Part shown: positions 1 through 8,478 of the stretch, one piece after another | Layout of the letters: each line of letters starts with the position of its first letter | Position numbering within the stretch: position 1 is the stretch's first letter | Virus record (IMG/VR): IMGVR_UViG_2595698890_000001 | Span: 1-64,000 of that record | Source: a virus | Lineage: Duplodnaviria; Caudoviricetes | DNA length: 64,000 nt | Direction: 5' to 3' (one strand) | Position numbers and translations under genes: made by a program | Notes under the pieces: model-generated | Told to the model about the DNA's origin: nothing | Databases searched by the model: none | The model's input: the letters and a program-made list of their open reading frames with translations, nothing else

Positions 1-71
1 ACGCCGCGTCGCCTCTGGGCTCCGGGCAGGGCACAGCGCAGCTGGGCACTGGCTCAATACCACGTACAACG

Positions 72-156
72 TTGACCATCGACCACGACCAATGACCGAC
101 GACCCCACGACCTATTGACCGGGGACAATTGACCATCGACCTATTGACACTGACCT
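72..156. repeat. GACC-periodic direct repeat array (~7 bp period)
   Basis: GACC at 74,81,87,94,101,109,117,131,138,152; TTGACCATCGACC at 72 and 129; GACCTATTGAC at 109 and 138. Confidence 0.8.
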
Positions 157-218
157 AGTAACGCTGTAGCATAGGGGGTGTCTAATATATAGCGACCCTA
201 AATTTTTTTCCAGCAGTC

Positions 219-926
219 ATGGGGGATTTTACTAAAATGGAAATAACATCGCGGATGTTCGTTAGCGACACTCCGTGCAAACGTGGACACGACCCGATAC
301 GCTACAAACGTACTAATGCCTGTGTGTTCTGTGCGAGGATTCGTAACCGCTACCGTAACATGATTGGACGTTGCCATGACCCAAAGCACCATAAGTACGA
401 GGATTACGGCGCACGTGGCATTACAGTGTGTCAGAGATGGCGTGAATCGTTCGAAGACTGGTACGAAGACATTGGGCAGCACCTAGTGGGCACCGACCTG
501 TCTATGGACCGTAAGAACAACGACGAGGGCTATTACCCGGGGAACGTGCGCATTGCAACTCCCGGTATGCAGAATCGTAACCAACGCCGCTCTGTACTAA
601 TAACGTATGACGGTATTACTAAAAACGCTACGGATTGGGCTACCGAGTTGGGGATGAAGCCTCACACTATTAGCGCGGGGTTTAAACGGGGAGTGCCAGT
701 TGAGGAACTTCTCTTTAACGTAAAGGTCTGTGAAGTATCGCGTGGGCATATTGAGATCCAGCGGGGAGGAAGACGGATGTGTCTTGCTGCTTGGTGTAGA
801 TTACTAAAATATTCCATACGTACAGTTGAAGACCGTGTTTATAAATTCGGTTGGAGCTACGCACAAGCATTGGGCTTTGCACCCCGTAAAGGGAAACTTC
901 GACCACCACCTACTAAGAAGGATTAG
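219..926 (+). CDS. HNH-type homing endonuclease-like protein
   Basis: MIGRC..YGARGITVC.RW..F..D..LSMDRKNND.GY.PGNVR.AT...QNRN motif typical of phage HNH endonucleases, followed by a putative DNA-binding tail. Confidence 0.75.
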   Translation: MGDFTKMEITSRMFVSDTPCKRGHDPIRYKRTNACVFCARIRNRYRNMIGRCHDPKHHKYEDYGARGITVCQRWRESFEDWYEDIGQHLVGTDLSMDRKNNDEGYYPGNVRIATPGMQNRNQRRSVLITYDGITKNATDWATELGMKPHTISAGFKRGVPVEELLFNVKVCEVSRGHIEIQRGGRRMCLAAWCRLLKYSIRTVEDRVYKFGWSYAQALGFAPRKGKLRPPPTKKD

Positions 927-930
927 TACA

Positions 931-1152
931 ATGGCTACAGAGCACCGTACGCTAGTAGTGGCATCCAAGGGACGTATGCCTTACGATGAGAAACACTACT
1001 ACCACTCCGGGAAGCCGGGTGAAGATGTTACGTTAGTAAACGAACGTAACTTCAAAACGGTACAGGGGAAGAAGTTCGACCTTGTGCTTTTCGTAGGGAA
1101 CATTGACGGCGAGACCCGTCGTAAATTCGCAGCATTGATAGGAGATTACTAA
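931..1152 (+). CDS. hypothetical protein
   Basis: ATG at 931 after AAGGA; tightly packed with neighbours. Confidence 0.6.
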   Translation: MATEHRTLVVASKGRMPYDEKHYYHSGKPGEDVTLVNERNFKTVQGKKFDLVLFVGNIDGETRRKFAALIGDY

Positions 1153-1153
1153 G

Positions 1154-1513
1154 ATGGAAATGCACTGCAAAGTAGCGCAGGACATCCTCGACGAGAGAAA
1201 AGTCCCGCGTAACAGTCGCATTGTAGCGGCTACACCCACCGCACAGAGCCTAGCGGTTTGTTACAACGGCACCGAGGAATCTAAGGAAGCCGTATTGTCT
1301 TTAGTTAATATGTGCGCTGATCGGTTTGGAGAAGCCATCTCCGTAGGGACGATTCCTCCCACGAATGCCCTGCTAATTACTAAGGGTGGGTGTGAGACTA
1401 AGCTGTCGTACTTCCACTGGCTGGTACTTTCTCCGTCGTACGAGCTGAAGGTGTGTAACCACGCCCGGTTTGAAGAGCAGTACGACCTTCCTTCCGACGA
1501 CTGCCAGTTCTAA
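1154..1513 (+). CDS. hypothetical protein, member of paralogous small-domain family
   Basis: GGAG RBS; A.CYNG...WLV....V....F..QY pattern shared with ORFs at 3161, 4033, 4680, 5254, 58235. Confidence 0.65.
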   Translation: MEMHCKVAQDILDERKVPRNSRIVAATPTAQSLAVCYNGTEESKEAVLSLVNMCADRFGEAISVGTIPPTNALLITKGGCETKLSYFHWLVLSPSYELKVCNHARFEEQYDLPSDDCQF

Positions 1514-1524
1514 GGAGCTACGTC

Positions 1525-1722
1525 ATGGCTAACATAGCCCGCTTACCTTTAGTAAAACGTACAAGTGTGCATTGGGCTCAGCTTACCGGGATTGTTGTAA
1601 TGGACCCGGATGGTTGGGACCGACAGAACTTCGACTACAGCTGGTCTGAAGAAACCATTGACTGGTTGGAGTTCATGGACCGGGTATCCGGCTCTACCAT
1701 CCTAATGAAACTGGAGAATTAG
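1525..1722 (+). CDS. small conserved-looking phage protein
   Basis: AGGAG RBS; DPDGWDR..F..SW.E.I...EF..R motif. Confidence 0.65.
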   Translation: MANIARLPLVKRTSVHWAQLTGIVVMDPDGWDRQNFDYSWSEETIDWLEFMDRVSGSTILMKLEN

Positions 1723-1726
1723 TAAA

Positions 1727-2080
1727 ATGGAACACAAAGTATTTGGCACTGCACAAGCCCTTCTCGTGGGTGGTTCACACTCCGGGAAGTTCGTCACCGT
1801 TAAAGGGGACCGTATCCAGCTGGAGAAGGAGGAGAATCGTCCCTGCCTGACACTGGGAACCCACGTAATGCAACGTGAGCAGTCACCCGACATTACCTTC
1901 ACTGTGGAAGATTACGTCAAGACGGACCACCGCTACGGAACGACCAACATCTTCGTGCTTGCGGGTATGCCCGGGGCGGATCTTCCATCTAAGCTACTGG
2001 CGATCTTAGTCCAGAAGCAGTCGGACATCGAGCAGTTAGAGAACGACCTTGATCTTTACCGCCGTGACCGTAGTTACTAA
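1727..2080 (+). CDS. hypothetical protein
   Basis: GGAG RBS, operon packing. Confidence 0.6.
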   Translation: MEHKVFGTAQALLVGGSHSGKFVTVKGDRIQLEKEENRPCLTLGTHVMQREQSPDITFTVEDYVKTDHRYGTTNIFVLAGMPGADLPSKLLAILVQKQSDIEQLENDLDLYRRDRSY

Positions 2081-2093
2081 GGAGATTAGTAAA

Positions 2094-2357
2094 ATGCGAC
2101 CTAGTATTATCGCGTGCGCTGTCATGCGCCGATTCCCCCGCCCGGAGATGCAAGAGCCTTTACCTTTAGTAAATTACGTGGCTGGTATGAGCCCGGGCAA
2201 AGCCGTAACTCATCCTCGCTGCGTATGGTCAGAAGCGGCTACCGCTGTTCGAAACTTCGGAAGCGTGATGAGCGCCTTCGCTGTAGAACGTGAAGACATC
2301 ATCTTGGACCTAATTGCCAAGGAAAACAAAGCTTACTATGGAGGGCATTTCGAATGA
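2094..2357 (+). CDS. hypothetical protein
   Basis: AAGGAG RBS before ATG 2094. Confidence 0.55.
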   Translation: MRPSIIACAVMRRFPRPEMQEPLPLVNYVAGMSPGKAVTHPRCVWSEAATAVRNFGSVMSAFAVEREDIILDLIAKENKAYYGGHFE

Positions 2358-2641
2358 CCACACCTTTAGTCTACGCACCAACGGTGCACACATTAGTAAA
2401 TACCTGCCGCCGTATAGGTATTACACCATCACGACCAGCATTGATCAGCCAGCCGGAGAACCTGAAGGGATTTGCCTTCGACAAGGGTGGCTACCCGTTC
2501 ATCATCTTCGTAGCCGGGCAGACTGTTCCGCTATGGCTGCACCAATTCGCAGTGATGAACAACGTAGTGCTGTTGGAACTGACAGAGCCCGTATTTAATT
2601 ACTATGAGCGGCTTAAATTCCGCTTCTCAAAACCAATGTGA
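2354..2641 (+). CDS. hypothetical protein
   Basis: ATGA overlap with upstream stop. Confidence 0.55.
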   Translation: MTTPLVYAPTVHTLVNTCRRIGITPSRPALISQPENLKGFAFDKGGYPFIIFVAGQTVPLWLHQFAVMNNVVLLELTEPVFNYYERLKFRFSKPM

Positions 2642-2657
2642 TCACAGGAGATCAGAA

Positions 2658-3161
2658 ATGGAAAACAACTACACGTACATCGAATTAGTAAAAGACGTAT
2701 TTGCTGCACTAAAGAACCTCGCGGAAAACGGCATACCCCTAACGGGTAAATCGGCGGCTACAGACGCCGCTATGCTGGGCGAGCGCTGCCCTGAGTTAGC
2801 GAAGGCTCCCATCGAAGACGTAGTAGAGGCTATGCGCCTTGTGCTGAACATCGACGGCACGTTTAAGTCGGGTATCGAAGAGAAGCTGGACTCACTGCAT
2901 GTGGTGTCAGCTGTAGTCATGGATTGTGACTTCGAAGACATCCTTAAAGACCATGAAGTGGCTTACTGCGTAGACAAGCATCTGGACGTATTCACCGTTG
3001 GTGCTTACAATGCCAAGGGCGGTGCGTGCGAGTGTTGTCGCCCGTACTACCGTGAAGGCGTCTACCTACTGCGTGCAATCTGCATGAAGACTGGCGACGA
3101 TATTACTAAAACTGTGTTAGACCGTAAACTGGCTAACTCTCAAGTTGGAGACAACAAATAA
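2658..3161 (+). CDS. hypothetical protein with CxCC motif
   Basis: AGGAG RBS; GGACECC. Confidence 0.6.
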   Translation: MENNYTYIELVKDVFAALKNLAENGIPLTGKSAATDAAMLGERCPELAKAPIEDVVEAMRLVLNIDGTFKSGIEEKLDSLHVVSAVVMDCDFEDILKDHEVAYCVDKHLDVFTVGAYNAKGGACECCRPYYREGVYLLRAICMKTGDDITKTVLDRKLANSQVGDNK

Positions 3162-3946
3162 TGCAATACCCTATTCTAGTAACAGGTCCGGTAGGATCTC
3201 TGGCATTGCAGTACACTGTAGACAACTCGGACCGCGTGATCGAGATTGTCCGCAACATGCTGGGCGAGGACTTTACTCCTACGTTCCGAGAGCCGGATGT
3301 ACTCCAGTACCCTGTCATGGGTGGTATGCAGCTAATCAAGATTGGCTGTTGGATCGTGTGGGATACGAAGTCGTTGCACTGTGTGGATGACATCTACTTC
3401 GGTAAGAACTGGGTTCCCGTTGAGAAGCCGCTAGACGCTCCAGTACCAGACCCGGTAGGTGAAGGTCGCGCAATCGTTAGTTACGCCGTGGGCGACTCTA
3501 CCATCGCAGAAGGCGTTACGTTCATCATGGACAATGGGATTGCCAAGCACACGGCTCACTGCATTCGCGGTGACTGGATGCCTTACGATGACATCTACGG
3601 GCAGCTGTGCTTAGTATTCCCGGAGAACGGTGGTATGGGTACTCTGGCTATTCAGGACCTAGACCCGGAAACTAAGCTCACGATGAACTACTGTGGGGCT
3701 GTGGAAGCTGCTAAGCAAGGGCACCGCGTGTGTCGTAGTGGCTGGAATGGTGACGACATGTTCTTGGTGTACATCCCGGAGGCTGAAGTAAGCACCGATG
3801 GTACGGGCTTGCGTCCGTTCTTTGGTAGCACTATGCCTCTACGCGCCCACTGGTTACTAAAAACAGCTCAGGGTGACGTAGCCGTCTGGAGTCCAGCGGT
3901 ATCGGACAGCCTAGCGGAAGACTGGGAAATCTACAGCCCAGAATAA
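3161..3946 (+). CDS. multidomain protein with C-terminal DUF2829 (Tad2-like) domain
   Basis: MNY..AVEA.K.G.RV.R.GWNG..MFL...LKTAQG....W.P...D.LAEDW is the DUF2829 signature. Confidence 0.8.
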   Translation: MQYPILVTGPVGSLALQYTVDNSDRVIEIVRNMLGEDFTPTFREPDVLQYPVMGGMQLIKIGCWIVWDTKSLHCVDDIYFGKNWVPVEKPLDAPVPDPVGEGRAIVSYAVGDSTIAEGVTFIMDNGIAKHTAHCIRGDWMPYDDIYGQLCLVFPENGGMGTLAIQDLDPETKLTMNYCGAVEAAKQGHRVCRSGWNGDDMFLVYIPEAEVSTDGTGLRPFFGSTMPLRAHWLLKTAQGDVAVWSPAVSDSLAEDWEIYSPE

Positions 3947-3960
3947 TTTACTAAAATGTA

Positions 3961-3989
3961 TTGACTATAGGAAACAGGGGGAATATACT
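3961..3989 (+). promoter_or_regulatory. sigma70-type promoter
   Basis: TTGACT-17-TATACT, preceded by TTTACTAAA. Confidence 0.8.
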
Positions 3990-4032
3990 TCTCCCTGTTG
4001 TCGTTTTTACTAAACCAAAAATGGAGTAAATC

Positions 4033-4668
4033 ATGGAAACTGCATCTCAACTGAAACCCGTCACTTACAAGCGCCCTGAGCACCAACGCTACGGGGTTCA
4101 ATTTACTAAACGCACTGTAGGTACGGTAATACAGTCCCTGATAAACCTAGACGCGGTTGAAACACTGTCTCTCGGTGAAGAAGCCGTGGACCCGGGATAC
4201 GGTCGTCGTGAGCGCGTTACTAAGCCTTGCATTACTGTCCATCCCCGTGAGGAGTTCTTCCAGAACTTCCCGCACCGTTACGACCCAGAAGGTGAGTCTG
4301 AGATCTACATCTTTGAAGATGAGTACCTAGTCCTGCTTGGTGATGGCGACTTTGTTGTACTCTCCGCTCAGGAGTTCGAATCCACATACAAGTACGGTGA
4401 AGACCGTGAGATGATCCAAGCCGTGGCTTCGCAGCCACCAGTGGTGACAGACGAGTCGCTAGGGCTGGCACCGGACCGTGAGCGCCAAGAAGCTGTGGAA
4501 GTGGCTATCCAGCGCGGAGAGCTTTACCCTGAACCCGAGGCGGAAGAGCTGCCGGGAGTAGAGGAGCGAGACCCCAACGAAGAAGAACGCACCAAGCCGC
4601 CCCGCGCTAAGAAGATGGCTACTCGCCGTACTCGTGGCGTGGACCCTCGCTGTGACGATAACCTGTAG
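4033..4668 (+). CDS. hypothetical protein (paralog family domain plus acidic/basic tail)
   Basis: GGAG RBS; GVQFT...EYLVL..DGDF.V....FESTY. Confidence 0.7.
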   Translation: METASQLKPVTYKRPEHQRYGVQFTKRTVGTVIQSLINLDAVETLSLGEEAVDPGYGRRERVTKPCITVHPREEFFQNFPHRYDPEGESEIYIFEDEYLVLLGDGDFVVLSAQEFESTYKYGEDREMIQAVASQPPVVTDESLGLAPDRERQEAVEVAIQRGELYPEPEAEELPGVEERDPNEEERTKPPRAKKMATRRTRGVDPRCDDNL

Positions 4669-4679
4669 GAGACAGAATC

Positions 4680-5252
4680 ATGGATACAACTTTACTAACA
4701 GTAACACCAGTACGCCCTATTCGTGCTATGCAGTACAACGGGAGCAACTGGGCGCAAGCACGTTCTTTCGCAGCTCGCTACGCCAGCACCGAGATCATGC
4801 TCAATCTAAAAGCAGATAGTGACCTTGTTGCCAACATTGCCGATGGAACCCTAACCATCCCGAAAGGCAACTACATAGTGGCGTACGGCAAGTGGGACCT
4901 ACGCACCTACACGCCCGAAGAGTTTACTAAAAACTTCGCTGGACAGCCTAGCGGTCAAAACGATTTACTAAACGTTGAGATGGACAATGACCGCATTGTG
5001 ATGTCTATCGGCATTGAAGCCATGCGCATGAGTATCGAGTCCGGGCAAGCAGACTTTAGTGTAGGTGGCGCTGTGCACATCCAAGACACGCACATCTTCG
5101 GCTTGGAGATGGTGGACTATCTCAAGGTAGAGGCTGAAGATGGAGGCACGCCTATCCACCGTATGCTGGACGCGGTTGCCTTGGAAGCTTTGGATGGTGG
5201 TGCTCATGGCATCATGGTATTGGATGAAGACGACCTAACGGTGGACCACTAA
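4680..5252 (+). CDS. hypothetical protein (paralog family domain plus acidic C-domain)
   Basis: AGGAG RBS; PIRAMQYNGSN...KGNYIV......TPEEF. Confidence 0.7.
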   Translation: MDTTLLTVTPVRPIRAMQYNGSNWAQARSFAARYASTEIMLNLKADSDLVANIADGTLTIPKGNYIVAYGKWDLRTYTPEEFTKNFAGQPSGQNDLLNVEMDNDRIVMSIGIEAMRMSIESGQADFSVGGAVHIQDTHIFGLEMVDYLKVEAEDGGTPIHRMLDAVALEALDGGAHGIMVLDEDDLTVDH

Positions 5253-5253
5253 T

Positions 5254-5745
5254 ATGCCTGTAGTAACTGTTAGAAGAACAAGCCCGATCATAGCCTTGCA
5301 GTTTACTGGTGATAATCACGAGGAGGTGATCGCCTTCCTAAGACAGCGTGGTGGTACTGAGGTGCTACTACACCACGGCAACACGCTGAAGGTCGGATCG
5401 GACTGCTTCTTATCGTGGACTGTGCGCAAAGGCGACTGGCTAGTGCATGAGAAGGGTAGTGTTTGCGAGGTTGTGTTCGAAGACTTCTTCCCAGACTCTT
5501 ACCACATCATCAAAAGCGGTCCCTTTTTCGGTAAGAAGGTTGTGGTGTCCGGGACCTTCCGCGAGGCTACCCGACACGCCATAAAGGACCTGCTCTTATC
5601 TAGTGGTGCTGAAGTGTACGGTAGTGTCAACAAGTTCACAGACATCTTAGTGTGTGGCAAAGACGCAGGTTCGAAGCTTACTAAAGCTAAAGAGCTGGGC
5701 ATAGAGATTATCTACGAGAGTGAGATCTTGTCCCTGCTGAAGTAA
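5254..5745 (+). CDS. paralog family domain fused to LigA-type BRCT domain
   Basis: C-terminal GKKVVVSGT....R......L...GA.V.GSV.K.TD.LV.G..AGSKL.KA.ELGI.II.E. Confidence 0.85.
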   Translation: MPVVTVRRTSPIIALQFTGDNHEEVIAFLRQRGGTEVLLHHGNTLKVGSDCFLSWTVRKGDWLVHEKGSVCEVVFEDFFPDSYHIIKSGPFFGKKVVVSGTFREATRHAIKDLLLSSGAEVYGSVNKFTDILVCGKDAGSKLTKAKELGIEIIYESEILSLLK

Positions 5746-5753
5746 GGATTACT

Positions 5754-5777
5754 AAGCCCCTTAATTGGGGCTTTTTT
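5754..5777 (+). terminator. intrinsic terminator
   Basis: AAGCCCC-ttaatt-GGGGCTT followed by T run. Confidence 0.8.
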
Positions 5778-5787
5778 GTATCTGTAG

Positions 5788-5815
5788 TTGACATAAGAAA
5801 CTACGAGCGTATAAT
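5788..5815 (+). promoter_or_regulatory. sigma70-type promoter
   Basis: TTGACA-16-TATAAT. Confidence 0.8.
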
Positions 5816-5851
5816 TCATTACTAACAGTCACTCACAAGGAGTTTACTAAA

Positions 5852-6328
5852 ATGGGAATCCGATGTTTCCTGTTTGGACACAAGGCAGATGTCAAACGTC
5901 CAAATAACGTGAACCACATGTTCACACCCACCCAGCTGACAATAAGCGTGTTCGGTGAGCCGGGTATAACACCACCCATCTACACCGGATACACCTACAT
6001 GGGAGAAATAGCCACGTGTACGCGCTGTGGTGAAGACTTCGATGCTACTTGGCTAGATATTCCAGTTATACAGCCAAAAACGCCGGAGACGCCCAGTGGG
6101 GAGCCCCCGTGGTCGCTAAACGACGAGCACCGACAGCTTTACTTGTTCTGGGTGGACGTAACCAAGAAACACTCATGTGCGGACCAGTTCATCACGCGCA
6201 AGCAGGTATCGTACTTGTGGCGTTGTATATACAAAATTACTAACGACCGAGAACGCTTAACGCAGGTGGAGAAGGATACCTGTAACGACATCATCCGCCA
6301 GTACTGGCGTAACAAGAAGGCAAGATAA
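5852..6328 (+). CDS. hypothetical protein with C..FGH / CxRC putative Zn site
   Basis: AAGGAG RBS; CFLFGHK ... CTRCG. Confidence 0.65.
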   Translation: MGIRCFLFGHKADVKRPNNVNHMFTPTQLTISVFGEPGITPPIYTGYTYMGEIATCTRCGEDFDATWLDIPVIQPKTPETPSGEPPWSLNDEHRQLYLFWVDVTKKHSCADQFITRKQVSYLWRCIYKITNDRERLTQVEKDTCNDIIRQYWRNKKAR

Positions 6329-6534
6329 TGCGTATATTACTAATACTAGCACTGGCGCTGCTATCAGGATGCGCCTCCCCGGAACGTCTGCACAACATGC
6401 ACTGTGACCAATGGGTGCGTGACCAAGTGATCAACCACGGACGCGACATGATGGAAGCCGTCAAAGAGTGTGGGTACAAGAAGACCCCGCGTGTTAAGCC
6501 GGGCGACTTATACCCACGCGTGAGGGTTTACTAA
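6328..6534 (+). CDS. small lipoprotein
   Basis: Hydrophobic signal peptide with lipobox LSGC. Confidence 0.7.
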   Translation: MRILLILALALLSGCASPERLHNMHCDQWVRDQVINHGRDMMEAVKECGYKKTPRVKPGDLYPRVRVY

Positions 6535-6758
6535 TGAAGATTTACTACTTCGCATCGTTCGACCACTTCCTGACATGGGTAGATTGGAATCTCTACGCAA
6601 ACGGACACTTGCTCCTGATCTTCATCTGGTCGTTCATACTGGTACGCCAGCTAACCGGGATACGCGTCAAGATGTGGCAAGCACTGGCTAACACTGCGGC
6701 TGTGGTCCTAGTGTGGCTGTTCGTAGTGTACACAGCCTACGGAACTGGCGTTGGTTAA
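6534..6758 (+). CDS. small membrane protein
   Basis: Two hydrophobic segments; TAATG coupling. Confidence 0.6.
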   Translation: MKIYYFASFDHFLTWVDWNLYANGHLLLIFIWSFILVRQLTGIRVKMWQALANTAAVVLVWLFVVYTAYGTGVG

Positions 6759-6772
6759 TTTACTAAAAAGTA

Positions 6773-6801
6773 TTGACCTCTATCTGAAACAGCGTTACTA
6801 T
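6773..6801 (+). promoter_or_regulatory. sigma70-type promoter for AphA-like gene
   Basis: TTGACC-17-TACTAT, preceded by TTTACTAAA. Confidence 0.7.
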
Positions 6802-6841
6802 CATCACCACTAACTAACATAACAACTGAGAGATTACTAAA

Positions 6842-7375
6842 ATGGCTACTATCACCAACCTACAGAAAGTACTTATCCACTTCGTGGCTACTGGCAAAGA
6901 CGTTACTGGCTACCAGATCGCACACCACTGCATGGCTGAGCACGACCTGCACTGGACTGCTTCTCACCAACAGGTGTACCGCGAACTGCGCCGCCTAGAA
7001 GCAGCTGGTATTCTAACGTGTGAAGAGATTCCGCAGGACGGCAAGCCTAACAAGTTCATCTACCACCTAACTGAAGACAAAGGCGTCAAGGCTTACGATG
7101 ACCTCCGCGCTCACGAGCCGTGCGACTACGTTGGTCTTAACACTCAGGCTACTATCCACGCTCTATTCCCTACGAAAGAGTACTACGCGGCTTACCTACA
7201 GAAGCGTAACGAAGAGTGCGAAGCCTTGTACTTGCGTAAGTGCCAAGACGGTGTTTCCAAGATGGAAGAGGCGCTGATTGACCGTCGTATCTTGATCCTG
7301 CACGCTGAGTGTACGTTCGCCCAGAAGATGCTAATGCTTCTTGACGAAGAAAACCCGGTTGTATCAGAGCAGTAA
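6842..7375 (+). CDS. PadR-family winged-helix regulator, AphA-like
   Basis: TGY.I..., W.ASHQQVYREL, LTC...PQ.GKP....Y..T match Vibrio AphA as recalled; 177 aa, similar length. Confidence 0.85.
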   Translation: MATITNLQKVLIHFVATGKDVTGYQIAHHCMAEHDLHWTASHQQVYRELRRLEAAGILTCEEIPQDGKPNKFIYHLTEDKGVKAYDDLRAHEPCDYVGLNTQATIHALFPTKEYYAAYLQKRNEECEALYLRKCQDGVSKMEEALIDRRILILHAECTFAQKMLMLLDEENPVVSEQ

Positions 7376-7402
7376 TTTACTAAACTTAAAGGAGCAGAAG
7401 TC

Positions 7403-7735
7403 ATGCGATTCTCAACAATCACTGTAGGTCATAAGTACTCGAAATGGGTAGCTGCGGGAATGGAGCTAAGTCATCACAACCTAGCCCCGCTACTAAGTGC
7501 CGCTGTAAAGCCAACACAGCGCATAGTATCCATGACCTACCACGATAGGGGTGGTATGGGTGCCCACTACGACATAGTGCTGGAAAACTACGAAGTCCCT
7601 ATGGTGGACAATGTGCAGGAGAACTACGAGTACTACCGTACCATGTGTGCGAATAACTGGCAGACCGACCCAATGCTTAATCCCAACGCTACGGATGCTA
7701 TATCGAAGAAGCCCGCACGACGCTCCCGCAAGTAA
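7403..7735 (+). CDS. hypothetical protein with basic tail
   Basis: AAGGAG RBS; ends KKPARRSRK. Confidence 0.65.
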   Translation: MRFSTITVGHKYSKWVAAGMELSHHNLAPLLSAAVKPTQRIVSMTYHDRGGMGAHYDIVLENYEVPMVDNVQENYEYYRTMCANNWQTDPMLNPNATDAISKKPARRSRK

Positions 7736-7738
7736 AAC

Positions 7739-7766
7739 AAGACCCTCGCACATGCGGGGGTTTTTT
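7739..7766 (+). terminator. intrinsic terminator
   Basis: ACCCTCGCA-ca-TGCGGGGGT plus T run. Confidence 0.7.
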
Positions 7767-7802
7767 ATGTATAATCCGCCCGAACCAACTGGAGGAATTA
7801 GT

Positions 7803-8138
7803 ATGAGCATACTCGACTCAATCATAACCGGAACAGTGATCCCGACATTCAGTATCGACGCGGGATTTATTGGGTCTGACATGCAGGACATCGTTGTGGA
7901 GTACACCGAAGTATCTCGATCCGAGGTGGGGACCACGCTAACGGCGCTTTACACGAAGTACCCAAACTTCAAGGCTACCTGCCGAGCTGAGATTCCCAAG
8001 CACACACCACTGAGCTCAAGCCAAGTTAATACGGCGTTCGCCAACGCAGAAAAGAACCCAGCCTCGACTCTTAGTGTGTTTATCGGACTACTAGCCAGCT
8101 ACTGGCTAAACCACTGTAGAAACAATAAGGACAAGTAG
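7803..8138 (+). CDS. hypothetical protein
   Basis: GGAGG RBS before ATG 7803. Confidence 0.6.
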   Translation: MSILDSIITGTVIPTFSIDAGFIGSDMQDIVVEYTEVSRSEVGTTLTALYTKYPNFKATCRAEIPKHTPLSSSQVNTAFANAEKNPASTLSVFIGLLASYWLNHCRNNKDK

Positions 8139-8166
8139 CCGTATGGTTGTCTAAAAGGAGACCGTC

Positions 8167-8463
8167 ATGCGTAAAGAAGTATCTTGTTTTAGTAAGGGTG
8201 GTAAGTTGACTCGTGAGATGAAAGTCATCTTAGACGTGGCGACTACCATAGAGCTAGCTTTAGTAAATAACTCGGACAAAGAGCCGTTGGTTGTAATGGT
8301 CCAAACGGCACGCCGCCTGAAGCAGTCCCCTCGATACCGCAAGCAGTGGGCACAGTCCATTGTTAATAAATACCTACACGCCGATGCTCGCGTACTGCAA
8401 GCACATCGTGATACCGTAGACAGCTTATTCGCCCTGCGTGATGCTGGCTATAAAACTTACTAA
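8167..8463 (+). CDS. hypothetical protein
   Basis: AAGGAG RBS. Confidence 0.6.
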   Translation: MRKEVSCFSKGGKLTREMKVILDVATTIELALVNNSDKEPLVVMVQTARRLKQSPRYRKQWAQSIVNKYLHADARVLQAHRDTVDSLFALRDAGYKTY

Positions 8464-8478
8464 CTGAAAGGAGGGATT

